In this document: in pieces, positions 39,963-49,673 of the stretch | Position numbering within the stretch: the first letter of the stretch is position 1 | Layout of the letters: every line of letters starts with the position of its first letter | Assembly: GCA_016197285.1 (NCBI GenBank) | Contig: JACPWD010000019.1 | Coordinates: 37,992-101,991, forward strand | Origin: Deltaproteobacteria bacterium | GTDB lineage: Bacteria > Desulfobacterota > Binatia > Bin18 | Length of the DNA: 64,000 nucleotides | Direction of reading: 5' to 3' | Position numbers and translations under genes: made by a program | The notes under the pieces: generated by a model | Database searches by the model: none | What the model saw: only the letters and a program-made list of their open reading frames with translations | What the model was told of the DNA's origin: nothing

Positions 39963-41768
39963 TCAGGTGAGCCCGGAGCGACGTAACGCGGTGAGCACCC
40001 GTTCCAGCACGACCGGATCTTTATAGGGAAGGCGCTGTTGGAACATGTCCAGCGAAAAGGCTGGGCTGAGTCGCAACGAGGTTTGTCCTGCGAGCTGCGC
40101 TTCTTGGGTGGCCCCACGTTCGCCATGAATCACGGCTAAGAAGCCGTGGGCGGGGAAATAATTCGGGTTGCGGGTGAGCGCGCGTTTGAAAGTGGCGATC
40201 GCGTCTTCGTAGCGCTTGAGGAGGTAGTAGGCGTGTCCGAGATCCCAGAGATACCAGGTGGGATACAGGGGGTTGAGCCGCATGGCCTTTTCCACCAAGG
40301 GCGGAGTTTCTTCGGGCCTGCCGGAGAAATTGAGGGTATCGGCGAGCGCCGCGTAGGCGTCCGCGTGATTCGGATCGAGGGCGATGGCGTGCTCGACTTC
40401 GCCGATGGCTACGTCGTATTGTCGCTTCCACAGATGCACGACGCCGAGGAGTCGGTGTCCCTCGGGGAGCAACGGGTCAAGGGCGATGGCGCGCTGCGCT
40501 GCCGCCATCGCCAGGTCGAGTTCGCTCGTGTCATTACTCCATCCCATGCTCCACTGCTCGAAATGCCCCCAGCCTAGACAGGTATGGGCCATGGCGAAGT
40601 GCGGATCGAGTGCGAGCGCTTGGGCGAACAGCGCCATGGCTGCGAGGTTGGCCTCCCGCGTGGACCGCGCGTTGAGTTCGCGCCCGCGCAGGTACGTGTC
40701 GTAGGCGTCGAGGTTGGCGGTCAGTGGCGTGCCCAGCCGGTGTTGCTCGCCTTCCGTCAGTTTGACCTCCAGCGCGGCGACGATCCTCCGCGTCACTTCG
40801 TCTTGCAGGGTGAAAATATCTTCCAGGTTGCGGTCGTAGCGTTCCGCCCAGAGGTGATAGCCGGTCGTGGCGTCGATGAGCTGGGCGGTAATGCGCACGC
40901 GTTGCCCGGCTTTGCGGATGCTGCCTTCCAGGACATAGCGGACGCCGAGTTCTCGACTCACTTGTTCAGGTTTGACGATTTTGTCTTTGTACGCCAGGAC
41001 AGAGTGGCGAGCGATGACAAACAGTCCCGACAGCTTCGAGAGGTCGGTAATCAAATCCTCGGTGATGCCGTCGCTGAAATACTCTTGCTCGGGGTCGCTG
41101 CTCATGTTGAGGAACGGAAGGACGGCAATCGATGGTTGTTCGGGCAAGGAGAAACGTACCCCTGGGGACGAGACTGACGGCGATGCTGCGTTTGCGGCTG
41201 GAGCGTCGGACCTTTCGGCTGCGATGCGCACGCGATAGGCGCGCACCGGGCGGGCGATGTTTTTGACTGGCTGTTCGCCCAGGTACTCGTAAGCGAAAGC
41301 TAATTTCGTTTCCACCTGATCGTACACCGTGCCCGAGAGACAAATCCCCCCGGCCTCGGCCAACCCTTCCAATCGTGCCGCGATATTCACGCCGTCGCCA
41401 TAGATCCGTTCCCCTTCCACAATTACGTCGCCCAGATTGATGCCGATACGGAATTCCATGCGGCGCGCTTGCGGAAGCTCCGTGTTGCGGGTTTTTAGGG
41501 ATTGTTGGACCTCGACCGCGCAGGTGAGCGCGTCGATGACGCTGGCGAACTCGGCCAGCAGGTTATCGCCGGGAGAGTCGACGACCCGTCCGCGATGGGC
41601 GTGGACCAGGTCGCTCAGCAGCGTGCGATACTCGGTCAACATTCGCACGGTGGCGACTTCATCTACGCCCATGAGCCGACTGTAGCCGGCGACATCGGCG
41701 CTGAGGATGGCGGCCAAGCGACGCTCGACGGGAGGCATGGGGAGAGAAGGATGTTCCGTGCTGCTCAT
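39963..41768 (-). CDS. Class III adenylyl/guanylyl cyclase (CHD domain) with C-terminal TPR repeats
   Basis: Cyclase core LAAILSADVAGYSRLM...FRIGINLGDVIVEGERIYGDGVNIAARLE. TPR-like repeats at the C-terminus. Confidence 0.85.
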   Translation of the reverse strand: MSSTEHPSLPMPPVERRLAAILSADVAGYSRLMGVDEVATVRMLTEYRTLLSDLVHAHRGRVVDSPGDNLLAEFASVIDALTCAVEVQQSLKTRNTELPQARRMEFRIGINLGDVIVEGERIYGDGVNIAARLEGLAEAGGICLSGTVYDQVETKLAFAYEYLGEQPVKNIARPVRAYRVRIAAERSDAPAANAASPSVSSPGVRFSLPEQPSIAVLPFLNMSSDPEQEYFSDGITEDLITDLSKLSGLFVIARHSVLAYKDKIVKPEQVSRELGVRYVLEGSIRKAGQRVRITAQLIDATTGYHLWAERYDRNLEDIFTLQDEVTRRIVAALEVKLTEGEQHRLGTPLTANLDAYDTYLRGRELNARSTREANLAAMALFAQALALDPHFAMAHTCLGWGHFEQWSMGWSNDTSELDLAMAAAQRAIALDPLLPEGHRLLGVVHLWKRQYDVAIGEVEHAIALDPNHADAYAALADTLNFSGRPEETPPLVEKAMRLNPLYPTWYLWDLGHAYYLLKRYEDAIATFKRALTRNPNYFPAHGFLAVIHGERGATQEAQLAGQTSLRLSPAFSLDMFQQRLPYKDPVVLERVLTALRRSGLT

Positions 41769-41891
41769 TGTCTGTCATTATTCGGTGGACGGCAGGTGCC
41801 TGTCAATTGGACTGCACACGATACGGGGAGCCCTACCCTTAGGCGGGACGCTTCTGCTAGATACGAAGCACTGAGGAAAAAGGGGGAGATT

Positions 41892-44645
41892 ATGGAGCGC
41901 ATTTATCGTGTCATTCTTCACCGTCCGAAGCTGATACTGTTTTTTCTTGCGCTGGTGACGGTATTTTTCGCTTACCATGCACGTTTCATTCGTATCGACA
42001 GCTCGATCGAGAGCTTGCTGCCGCAGGACGATCCGGAGAAACAATACTACAACGATGTGCGCCGACTCTTCGGCAGCGAAGATGTCGCGGTCGTCGGCCT
42101 TATTACCGACAACATCTACACTCCCCAGACGCTTCAGAAGATCAAGCGCCTCACCGAGGAATTCAAAAAGATCCCCGAGGTCAAGAGCGTTTTCAGCTTG
42201 AGCAACGCGCCCGACATCGTTGCGAAGATCCTCGGCGAACCGCAAGATTTACTGATTCCCGAACTGCCCACGACCATGGAAGCCGCCGCGCCGCTGAAAG
42301 ACCGGGTGGCGGCCCAACCGATCTATCTCAAGAACCTAGCCTCGGCCGATGGCCGCGCCGCCGCCATCAATATCGTCTTCCTCGAAAGCATCACCGATAA
42401 CGAGTTCGTCCGCCGTGGCGTCGATGAAAAAATTCAAGCCGTCATCGACGCCGAGAACGGCGGGCCGGAACAGCTCTATTACACCGGTCTGCCCCATTTC
42501 AAAGCCGCGTCGGCCAAGGCCATGGCCGAGGATCTCAGTCGGTTGTTACCGTTGGCGCTCCTCTTGATCGTGATTGTCCTGGCGCTGTGTGTCCGTTCCG
42601 TGCGTGGGGTCGTGCTGCCAGTCCTCGCCGTGTTGATCAGCTTGATCTGGACGCTGGGCATTATGGTCCTGTGCGGGAGTCGCTTGAGCCTCGGCACCCT
42701 GGCTTTGCCTCCTCTGATCCTCGTGCTGGGCATCGCCTACTCGCTGCATGTGATCACCGAGTATTTCGAGCTGGCGCGGCCCGGGCGCACGGTGAAAGAG
42801 GTGCTGATAGAGACCGGACGAAGTATTAATGCTCCGGTGTTCATGGCGGCGGTGACCACGGTCTTGGGCTTTCTTTCGCTCTTCACGAACAACATCGTCA
42901 GCATCCGCGACATGGGGATCTACTCCGCCATCGGCATCACCATCGCTTTCGTGCTGGCCGTGGTCTTCGTTCCTGCCGCGCTCGCGCTGCTCGAGCTTCC
43001 GTCCCGTCGGAGCGAGACCGACTCGCCGGCGTTGACGGCAGCGCTCCGGACGTTGACGGCTCATGTCATTCGTCATCGCTACGCGATCATCGGTGTCAGC
43101 GTGGTGATTGGGCTCTTGTCGTTGTGGCCGATTCCTTCGATCCAAGTAGGCTCGAATTTTCTCTCGATTTTCCGCGAAAACCATCCCGTCCGTCAGGCGA
43201 GCGAGATGATCAACCGCAATCTGGTTGGCAGCATGGCGTTTTACGTCGTGATCGACGGGAAAGAAAACGACATCATGCGGCAGTGGGATACGCTGAAACG
43301 CCTCAAAGAGCTGCAGGAGTACATCAACTCTCTACCGGGTGTGGACAAGACGGTGTCCCTGGTCGATTACTGCGATCTCTTCGATCAAGGTATGCGTTCG
43401 CTCCCACCCGAGGAAGGGACGGAGGCCGTGCCTCCAGAGCAACTCAAAAGCTTTTGGGAAGACCCGACCCGGCTGACCGATGTCATGCAGATGATCTTTC
43501 TCAATCCGAGCTATGTGGGCGCCGTGGTCAATCATCCCAACTACTCGCGCTCCAATATCCTCGTGCGCACCTCGCTGACGCGCCCGAGCGAGGTGGCCGC
43601 AGTCGTCGAAAAAATTCACGCGTTCGCCAAGGAGCATTTCCCGCCGGCCGATTTGGTCGTGCATCCGACCGGCTCCCTGATTTTGAGTTCGCGGACGGCG
43701 AGCAATTTGATCTCCGGCCAAGTGCAAAGCCTGGCGCTCACGGCGGCCGTGATCTTCGTCGTCATGACGCTGATGTTTCTTTCCGTCCGGGTCGGGGTGA
43801 TCGCCATGATCCCCAACATCTTTCCGATCCTCATGTTCTTTGCTTTGATGGGGGTCAGCGGCGCCGTGCTCAGCCTGAGCACGAACACCATCGCCTCGAT
43901 CGTGCTGGGGTTGGCGGTGGACGACACCATTCACATCATGTCGCGCCTGAGCGCCGAAGTGCGTACGACCGCAGACCAAAAAGAAGCCTTGCTGCGCGCA
44001 CTGAGCACGGTGGGCAAGCCGACGCTGTACTACTCGCTCCTAGTCTTTCTCGGCTTTTTGACCTTCGGCTTATCCTCGTTCGTACCAGTCCAAGAATTCG
44101 GCTTACTGTCGGCTGTCACCATCCTGTTTGGCGTGGTTGCCGAGCTAGCGCTCCTTCCTGCGCTGTTAGCGACCACGCCGGTGATCACCTTGTGGAACGT
44201 GCTCTATCTGAAGCTCGGGCGCGACCCACACAAGACGATTCCTTTGTTTGCCGGGCTGCGTCCGTTCCAGGCTAAGATCGTCACCCTGATGGGCGAATTG
44301 CGATCTTTTCCCAAAGACGAGGCGATCATTCGCCGTGGCGAGCAGGGCAACGAAATGTACGTGCTCATCAGCGGTACGGCGGATGTGTTCATTCCCGCGC
44401 CGAACGGCAATCGCAGGGTCAATACCTTAGAACGTGGCGACGTCTTCGGAGAAATGGGCTTGCTCCGCCATCACGAGCGCACGGCTGACGTGATGGCGAC
44501 GGAAGAGGTGGAAGTGCTGGCGGTGAACGAACGGTTCCTCGACCGCATCAAGCGACGCTACCCGCGCATCGCTACGGAGATTTTCTTCAACTTGTCGAAG
44601 ATTCTGAGCGACCGCTTGGAACAGTCGCAGCGGGGTGGAAAATAG
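41892..44645 (+). CDS. MMPL/RND-superfamily transporter (two 6-transmembrane-helix bundles with periplasmic loops) fused to a C-terminal cyclic-nucleotide-binding domain
   Basis: MMPL-like topology with SSD-type transmembrane regions. The C-terminal ~115 aa are a cNMP-binding domain (FPKDEAIIRRGEQGNEMYVLISGTADVF...ERGDVFGEMGLLRHHERTADVMA). ATG at 41892 (RBS AGGGGGAG). Confidence 0.8.
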   Translation: MERIYRVILHRPKLILFFLALVTVFFAYHARFIRIDSSIESLLPQDDPEKQYYNDVRRLFGSEDVAVVGLITDNIYTPQTLQKIKRLTEEFKKIPEVKSVFSLSNAPDIVAKILGEPQDLLIPELPTTMEAAAPLKDRVAAQPIYLKNLASADGRAAAINIVFLESITDNEFVRRGVDEKIQAVIDAENGGPEQLYYTGLPHFKAASAKAMAEDLSRLLPLALLLIVIVLALCVRSVRGVVLPVLAVLISLIWTLGIMVLCGSRLSLGTLALPPLILVLGIAYSLHVITEYFELARPGRTVKEVLIETGRSINAPVFMAAVTTVLGFLSLFTNNIVSIRDMGIYSAIGITIAFVLAVVFVPAALALLELPSRRSETDSPALTAALRTLTAHVIRHRYAIIGVSVVIGLLSLWPIPSIQVGSNFLSIFRENHPVRQASEMINRNLVGSMAFYVVIDGKENDIMRQWDTLKRLKELQEYINSLPGVDKTVSLVDYCDLFDQGMRSLPPEEGTEAVPPEQLKSFWEDPTRLTDVMQMIFLNPSYVGAVVNHPNYSRSNILVRTSLTRPSEVAAVVEKIHAFAKEHFPPADLVVHPTGSLILSSRTASNLISGQVQSLALTAAVIFVVMTLMFLSVRVGVIAMIPNIFPILMFFALMGVSGAVLSLSTNTIASIVLGLAVDDTIHIMSRLSAEVRTTADQKEALLRALSTVGKPTLYYSLLVFLGFLTFGLSSFVPVQEFGLLSAVTILFGVVAELALLPALLATTPVITLWNVLYLKLGRDPHKTIPLFAGLRPFQAKIVTLMGELRSFPKDEAIIRRGEQGNEMYVLISGTADVFIPAPNGNRRVNTLERGDVFGEMGLLRHHERTADVMATEEVEVLAVNERFLDRIKRRYPRIATEIFFNLSKILSDRLEQSQRGGK

Positions 44646-44726
44646 TTGTCAGCAAGGAGCCGACTGCAGGCCATTACTTGGGCCGGGCGTAGCGGGCTGC
44701 GCCCGGGGCTGGTAGTTCGTCCGAAG

Positions 44727-44835
44727 TAATTGTCATTCCGAGAAGCGGAGCGACGAGGAATCTCAAGAAGGCAGGGACAATACGAGATTCCTCGCCTTCT
44801 CTTTGTTCCGGCTCGGAATGACACTCTCTCATCGT
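44727..44835. repeat. Nested-palindrome interspersed repeat (MITE/REP-like), copy 2 (compact form)
   Basis: Outer inverted repeat GTCATTCCGAG...CTCGGAATGAC enclosing inner inverted repeat GAGGAATCTC...GAGATTCCTC. Homologous to the element at 3636-3795. Confidence 0.65.
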
Positions 44836-44856
44836 TCTGTGGACGAACTCCTACGC

Positions 44857-45093
44857 TCATTCCTCTTCATCTTCTAACTCATTTTCCAGGGCTTCCTCTT
44901 GCTCTTCGAGGCGCATGATAATGGTGCTTAACGCAGTCTGCACCGAGTCCATCGCCTCGCGGAAATCCTCCTCGGTGGTCACCGCACCAGCGGCGACACG
45001 TTCTTCGCAATCGCGGATGACTTCGCTGACGGCGAATTTTGCTGACTTAATGAGGCCGATCCACTGACCGACAATCGCTAGGGCGTCTTCCAT
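44857..45093 (-). CDS. Small acidic hypothetical protein (78 aa)
   Basis: RBS GGAAGGAGA before the ATG. Glu-rich C-terminus (EEQEEALENELEDEEE). Confidence 0.45.
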   Translation of the reverse strand: MEDALAIVGQWIGLIKSAKFAVSEVIRDCEERVAAGAVTTEEDFREAMDSVQTALSTIIMRLEEQEEALENELEDEEE

Positions 45094-45219
45094 GTTGTCT
45101 CCTTCCCGTTCCTGGTCGTAGCTGCTAGACTCAGGCGGTCAAACGTCCATAAAGAACTGGGAAACCTTACCCTCTCTCGGCGACGTTTTCACTACCCTGA
45201 CGGAGACAAGGAGGCTGGT

Positions 45220-46422
45220 ATGCGACAAGTGGCAGTGATTGGTGCGGGCATGACCCGCTTTGGCAAGCACATTGATCGCAGCATGAAAGATCTGGCTCGG
45301 GAAGCCATCGAAGGCGCGCTGCGTTCTGCCGGCGTGGACAAGGAGGCCGTGGAAGCCGCGGCTGTCGGCAATGCCGTGGCCGGACTCATCACCGGCCAGG
45401 AATGCATTCGTGGGCAGGTCGTGCTGCGTGACATGGGCATTGGCGGCATTCCGGTGATTAACACGGAAAATGCCTGCGCCAGTGCTTCGACGGCGTTTCA
45501 TTTGGCGTGGCTCTACGTGGCCTCGGGTATGTACGATGTCGTCTTGGCCGTCGGCATGGAGAAGCTTTTCCATCCCGATAAGAAGCGCACGTTTCAAGCG
45601 ATCGGCAGCGGCATCGATGTGGAAACCGCAGAAGAATTTGCCCGCCAGATGAGCGGCGAACAGAGCGCCGGGGCGGGCGAGTCGCGCAGTGTGTTTATGG
45701 ATTATTACGCGAACTTGGCGCGTCAACACATGGCGCGCTACGGCACGACCCGCGAGCAGTTTGCCCGCATCGCAGCTAAGAATCACACCAATGGCAGCCT
45801 CAATCCGCACGCGCAGTTTCAGACTCCGCGTACGATGGCAGAAGTGCTAGCGACGCCGATGATTGCCGATCCGCTGACCCGCATGATGTGTTCGCCCATC
45901 GGCGATGGAGCGGCAGCGGTGTTGGTGACCTCGGCGGAGAAAGCCCGCCAGTTGACGGCTAAGCCGGTGGTGGTCCGTGCCTCTGCGCTGGGATCGAGCC
46001 AGCAACACAAGGAAGGGGAGCCTGGCATCGTCACCAAAGTGGCGCGCAAGGCGTACGATATGGCGGGCATCGGGCCGCAAGAAGTGCAGGTGATCGAAGT
46101 CCACGATGCCACGGCGCCTGCCGAACTATTGGTCTACGAAGAATTGGGCCTCTGCAATGTGGGCGAAGGAGGCAAGTTGATTGACGATGGCGTGACGGCT
46201 TTAGGTGGGCGACTCCCGGTCAATCCCAGCGGTGGGCTCTTGGCGAAGGGGCATCCGGTCGGCGCAACTGGGGTGGCGCAAATTGCCGAGATTTTCTGGC
46301 AACTGCGCGGCGAAGCCGGCAAACGTCAGGTACCGGGCGCGCGGGTGGGCTTGACCGAAAACGGTGGCGGTGTGATCGACGGTGAGAATGCTGCCGCCGC
46401 CATCCATATTTTCACGGTGTAA
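45220..46422 (+). CDS. Thiolase-family protein (SCP-x / lipid-transfer-protein-like acetyl-CoA C-acyltransferase)
   Basis: MRQVAVIGAGMTRFGK..., active-site Cys context (NTENACASASTAF), C-terminal thiolase motifs (VNPSGGLLAKGHPVGATG). Confidence 0.8.
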   Translation: MRQVAVIGAGMTRFGKHIDRSMKDLAREAIEGALRSAGVDKEAVEAAAVGNAVAGLITGQECIRGQVVLRDMGIGGIPVINTENACASASTAFHLAWLYVASGMYDVVLAVGMEKLFHPDKKRTFQAIGSGIDVETAEEFARQMSGEQSAGAGESRSVFMDYYANLARQHMARYGTTREQFARIAAKNHTNGSLNPHAQFQTPRTMAEVLATPMIADPLTRMMCSPIGDGAAAVLVTSAEKARQLTAKPVVVRASALGSSQQHKEGEPGIVTKVARKAYDMAGIGPQEVQVIEVHDATAPAELLVYEELGLCNVGEGGKLIDDGVTALGGRLPVNPSGGLLAKGHPVGATGVAQIAEIFWQLRGEAGKRQVPGARVGLTENGGGVIDGENAAAAIHIFTV

Positions 46423-46508
46423 GACAGTTAGGGACGGTTCACCGTCCCGACAACTTCTCCCCTCGGTGGCATGGGCCGAAGGTCGCTTGTGGACGTTGTG
46501 TTGGAGGT

Positions 46509-47318
46509 GTGATGTCGCCGCTTGTCTCGGCCCTACTCTTGGGACTGCTCCAGGGATTCACCGAATTTCTTCCTATTAGCAGCTCCGGCCATCTCGTGTT
46601 GGTGCAGAGTCTCTTGCCGGGATTTTCCCAGCCGGGCGTATTATTCGATGTGACCTTGCATCTCGGTACTTTGGTGGCCGTCTGCATCTATTTTTGGAGC
46701 GACTTGTGGTCGCTGTTCCTGTCTTTGTTCGCTCGCAAAAGCGCGGTCACGAGGGAGGACCGCCGCTTGTTGTGGCTGCTGATCGTCGGCTCGGTGCCGA
46801 CTGCGGTTATCGGTCTGCTTTTCCGTAAGCAGTTCGAGGCTATGTTCGATGACCTGCAGGGAGCAGGCATCTGGTTTGTGATCACTGGGATTCTATTGTT
46901 CGTGACGGATCGTGTGTCCACGCGTGGACGTGATTTACGAGAGATGACACTATTCGATGCGCTTGTCATTGGGACGGCGCAAGGGATTTCCATCATTCCG
47001 GCTTTGTCACGGTCCGGCTCGACCATCGCTGCCGGCATCTTCCTCGGTTTGGAGCGGCAGATGTTAGTCCGGTACTCTTTTCTGCTGTCGATTCCTGCCG
47101 TAGCCGGGGCATTTCTTTTGGAGTTGGTTGCGCATCGACAGGAAGCGCTGGCGGGGTTCGATCCCCTCGTCTACGGCGTCGGTACGCTTGCTGCCGGCAT
47201 CCTCGGCTACTGGAGCATTGCGGTGTTGCTGCGCATGACCCAGTCGCGTCGCTTATCCGTGTTCGGTTATTATTGCGTCGTGCTGGGAGTGCTGACGCTT
47301 GTCCTTGCAGCTCGGTGA
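46509..47318 (+). CDS. uppP: Undecaprenyl-diphosphate phosphatase (BacA/UppP)
   Basis: GFTEFLPISSSGHLVL and AQGISIIPALSRSGSTI signature motifs. 8 transmembrane helices. Confidence 0.9.
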   Translation: MMSPLVSALLLGLLQGFTEFLPISSSGHLVLVQSLLPGFSQPGVLFDVTLHLGTLVAVCIYFWSDLWSLFLSLFARKSAVTREDRRLLWLLIVGSVPTAVIGLLFRKQFEAMFDDLQGAGIWFVITGILLFVTDRVSTRGRDLREMTLFDALVIGTAQGISIIPALSRSGSTIAAGIFLGLERQMLVRYSFLLSIPAVAGAFLLELVAHRQEALAGFDPLVYGVGTLAAGILGYWSIAVLLRMTQSRRLSVFGYYCVVLGVLTLVLAAR

Positions 47319-47341
47319 CGACCGCAAGCCAGAAAAAGAAA

Positions 47342-47379
47342 GGGCCTGTAGGGTAAAGGAGGGGAAACCTACAGGCCCT
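47342..47379 (+). terminator. GC-rich hairpin downstream of uppP (GGGCCTGTAGG...CCTACAGGCCC); no strong U-tract
   Basis: 11-bp perfect stem starting 24 nt after the uppP stop. The lack of a T-run makes its function as an intrinsic terminator uncertain. Confidence 0.35.
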
Positions 47380-47574
47380 GGAGCACCGCCTCGTTGGGGA
47401 GGACTCGGCGGTGAACTGAGGAAACCGTTCGAGCCGGAATAGTTGCGCTTTCGCGCTTGGTCCGTCTCTTGTTGGGTCACACAATAGCAATGGAAGCCGT
47501 GTCAAGCAATATAACTTGAATTAAAATTCATTATTTTTCTGAATTAGCTGTGGTAATGTCAAAAGGAGGCGCTT

Positions 47575-49302
47575 ATGGGAGAATCGGTCAAAATAGACTG
47601 CAACGTGGAAATTTCCATGCGCGACGGCGTAACGCTGCGCGCTGACGTGTATCGACCGGATGACGCGAAGCCGCATCCGGTCCTCTTGGCTCGTTTGCCT
47701 TACAATAAAGACCTCTCTCCGATTTCGCTGTCGCTGCTGAGTCCGATTCGTGCGGCACGGCGCGGCTATGTGGTTGTCGTGCAAGATACCCGGGGACGGT
47801 TCAAGTCCGACGGGCAATTTTCGCTGTTTGTCGGCGAGGCCGAAGATGGCTTCGACACGGTGGCGTGGTGTGCCGCTCAGGCGTGGTCCGATGGCAAGGT
47901 TGGCATGTATGGCGCCTCGTACTTCGGTGCTACCCAGTGGCTGACGGCAATGGCCGCGCCGCCGGCGCTGCAGGCCATTGTCCCCACGATCACCGCTTCT
48001 GACTACTATGAAGGCTGGACGTATCAAGGCGGGGCGTTCCAACAGGGATTCATCCAGTTCTGGACGGCGGGCATGGCGGCGGAAACCCTCACCCGTCTCG
48101 ACGATGCACCGACCGACGCGCGACGCAAACTCTACGGCGCTATTTTCGACATGACCAAAACTGCGAAGCTTCCCCTGGTGGATTTCCCGCCGGCAACCGT
48201 GCCAGGGCTCATGGACCATTACCGCACTTGGTTGCAACATCCGTCGCACGATGCGTTTTGGGAAAACGTCCGCATCGAGTCGAAGTACGAGCAGATGGAG
48301 GTCGCGGCGCTCCATATCGGCGGCTGGTACGACATCTTTCTCGAAGGCACCCTGCGGAATTTTGCGGGCATGCGTGCGAGAGGCAAAAGTGCCCACGCGC
48401 GTGAGCGACAGCGTTTGGTCGTCGGGCCGTGGTTACACGGGTTATTCAATCGGATCGTCGGTGCCGTGGATTTCGGTCCCGGGGCTCTGCCCGATGCCGT
48501 TGACCTGGGCGGATTACATCTCCAATGGTTCGACTCCTGCCTCTGCGACGCGGCAGATACCGGCGTGCCTGTCCGTTTGTTCGTGATGGGAGCCAATATC
48601 TGGCGTGACGAAAACGAATGGCCGTTGGCGCGTGCCGTGGCGACGCGACTGTATCTGACCAGCGAGGGAAGGGCGAATAGCCGCCGCGGCAATGGCCACC
48701 TCGTTGCGCAACCTGTCTCTAAAGAATCGAGCGACGTTGTTCTGTACGATCCAGAACAACCCGTGCCGACGTGTGGCGGGTGCACGTTGATGCCGGGCGC
48801 ACAGAGCGCTGGGCCGCAAGATCAACGTGAGGTCGAGGAGCGCGAAGACGTGCTGGTCTATACCTCCGAACCGTTATCCGAGCCTTTAGAAGTCACTGGC
48901 CCGGTGGAAGCCCTCGTGTATGCGGCGACCGATGGATGCGACACCGATTTCACCGCGAAACTGGTGGCCGTGGCACCGGATGGTCGGGCGTTGAATCTGT
49001 GCGACGGCATCGTGCGCGCGCGTTATCGCCATTCCCTGTCACAAGCTGAACTGCTCGAACCCGGGCGGGTGTATGAGTATCGCATCTTTTTAGGCTCGAC
49101 GAGTTATGTTTTTGCGCCGGGGTTCCGCCTCCGTCTCCAGGTCTCCAGTAGCAACTTTCCCCGCTTCGATCGCAATCTGAATACCGGAGGGGAGTTGGGA
49201 ACCGAGAGCGCTGGCCGCGTGGCCGTGCAACGGGTGCTGCACGGCGGTGCGCATCTGTCCTGTGTAATTCTGCCAGTTATTCCCCAGAACAACGCGAACT
49301 AG
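47575..49302 (+). CDS. CocE/NonD-family (S15, X-Pro dipeptidyl-peptidase-like) alpha/beta hydrolase
   Basis: ISMRDGVTLRADVYRP...LLARLPYNK...VVVQDTRGRFKSDG...GMYGASYFG (nucleophile elbow) plus a C-terminal beta-sandwich domain. AT-rich promoter-like region immediately upstream. Confidence 0.85.
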   Translation: MGESVKIDCNVEISMRDGVTLRADVYRPDDAKPHPVLLARLPYNKDLSPISLSLLSPIRAARRGYVVVVQDTRGRFKSDGQFSLFVGEAEDGFDTVAWCAAQAWSDGKVGMYGASYFGATQWLTAMAAPPALQAIVPTITASDYYEGWTYQGGAFQQGFIQFWTAGMAAETLTRLDDAPTDARRKLYGAIFDMTKTAKLPLVDFPPATVPGLMDHYRTWLQHPSHDAFWENVRIESKYEQMEVAALHIGGWYDIFLEGTLRNFAGMRARGKSAHARERQRLVVGPWLHGLFNRIVGAVDFGPGALPDAVDLGGLHLQWFDSCLCDAADTGVPVRLFVMGANIWRDENEWPLARAVATRLYLTSEGRANSRRGNGHLVAQPVSKESSDVVLYDPEQPVPTCGGCTLMPGAQSAGPQDQREVEEREDVLVYTSEPLSEPLEVTGPVEALVYAATDGCDTDFTAKLVAVAPDGRALNLCDGIVRARYRHSLSQAELLEPGRVYEYRIFLGSTSYVFAPGFRLRLQVSSSNFPRFDRNLNTGGELGTESAGRVAVQRVLHGGAHLSCVILPVIPQNNAN

Positions 49303-49502
49303 AACAAGACGAAACCATCCAGCGCGGAACGCAAAGCTGCCGGGTCGTGCTCCGCGCGTAGGTGTATGTGGAGCTGCTCCCAACAGTCTGGAGCCGTGAA
49401 CGAGCGGACGCCCGACTCTCGATACATCTGCAGCGCGCTGGCGTCGTCTTCAAAGGCATAGGCCGCGCGGTTTTGTGCCAGCGGGAGAATCGTTTGTGTC
49501 AG

Positions 49503-49611
49503 GTTTCAATCTCCTACGGAGTGTGCGGTCGATTTCGACTCATGCACGGGGTATTCGACCGTGCTCAAGTGCTCGTTTCAATCTCCTACGGAGTGTGTAG
49601 TCGATTTCGAT
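49503..49611. CRISPR. CRISPR-like mini-array: two 37-bp direct repeats (3 mismatches) flanking one 35-bp spacer; no cas genes in the window
   Basis: Repeat GTTTCAATCTCCTACGGAGTGTGCGGTCGATTTCGAC (49503-49539) and GTTTCAATCTCCTACGGAGTGTGTAGTCGATTTCGAT (49575-49611). Its reverse complement ends GATTGAAAC, a common CRISPR repeat 3' end. The spacer is itself partly palindromic, so a duplicated terminator structure is an alternative. Confidence 0.3.
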
Positions 49612-49673
49612 TGGCCATGCAGTGTAGCACACGAGAAAAGAGGCACGGCGTTCGTGTCGCGAAAACACAAGGC

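Noticed and set aside
47521-48396. 291-aa minus-strand ORF
   Set aside because: Antisense to the CocE/NonD hydrolase gene.
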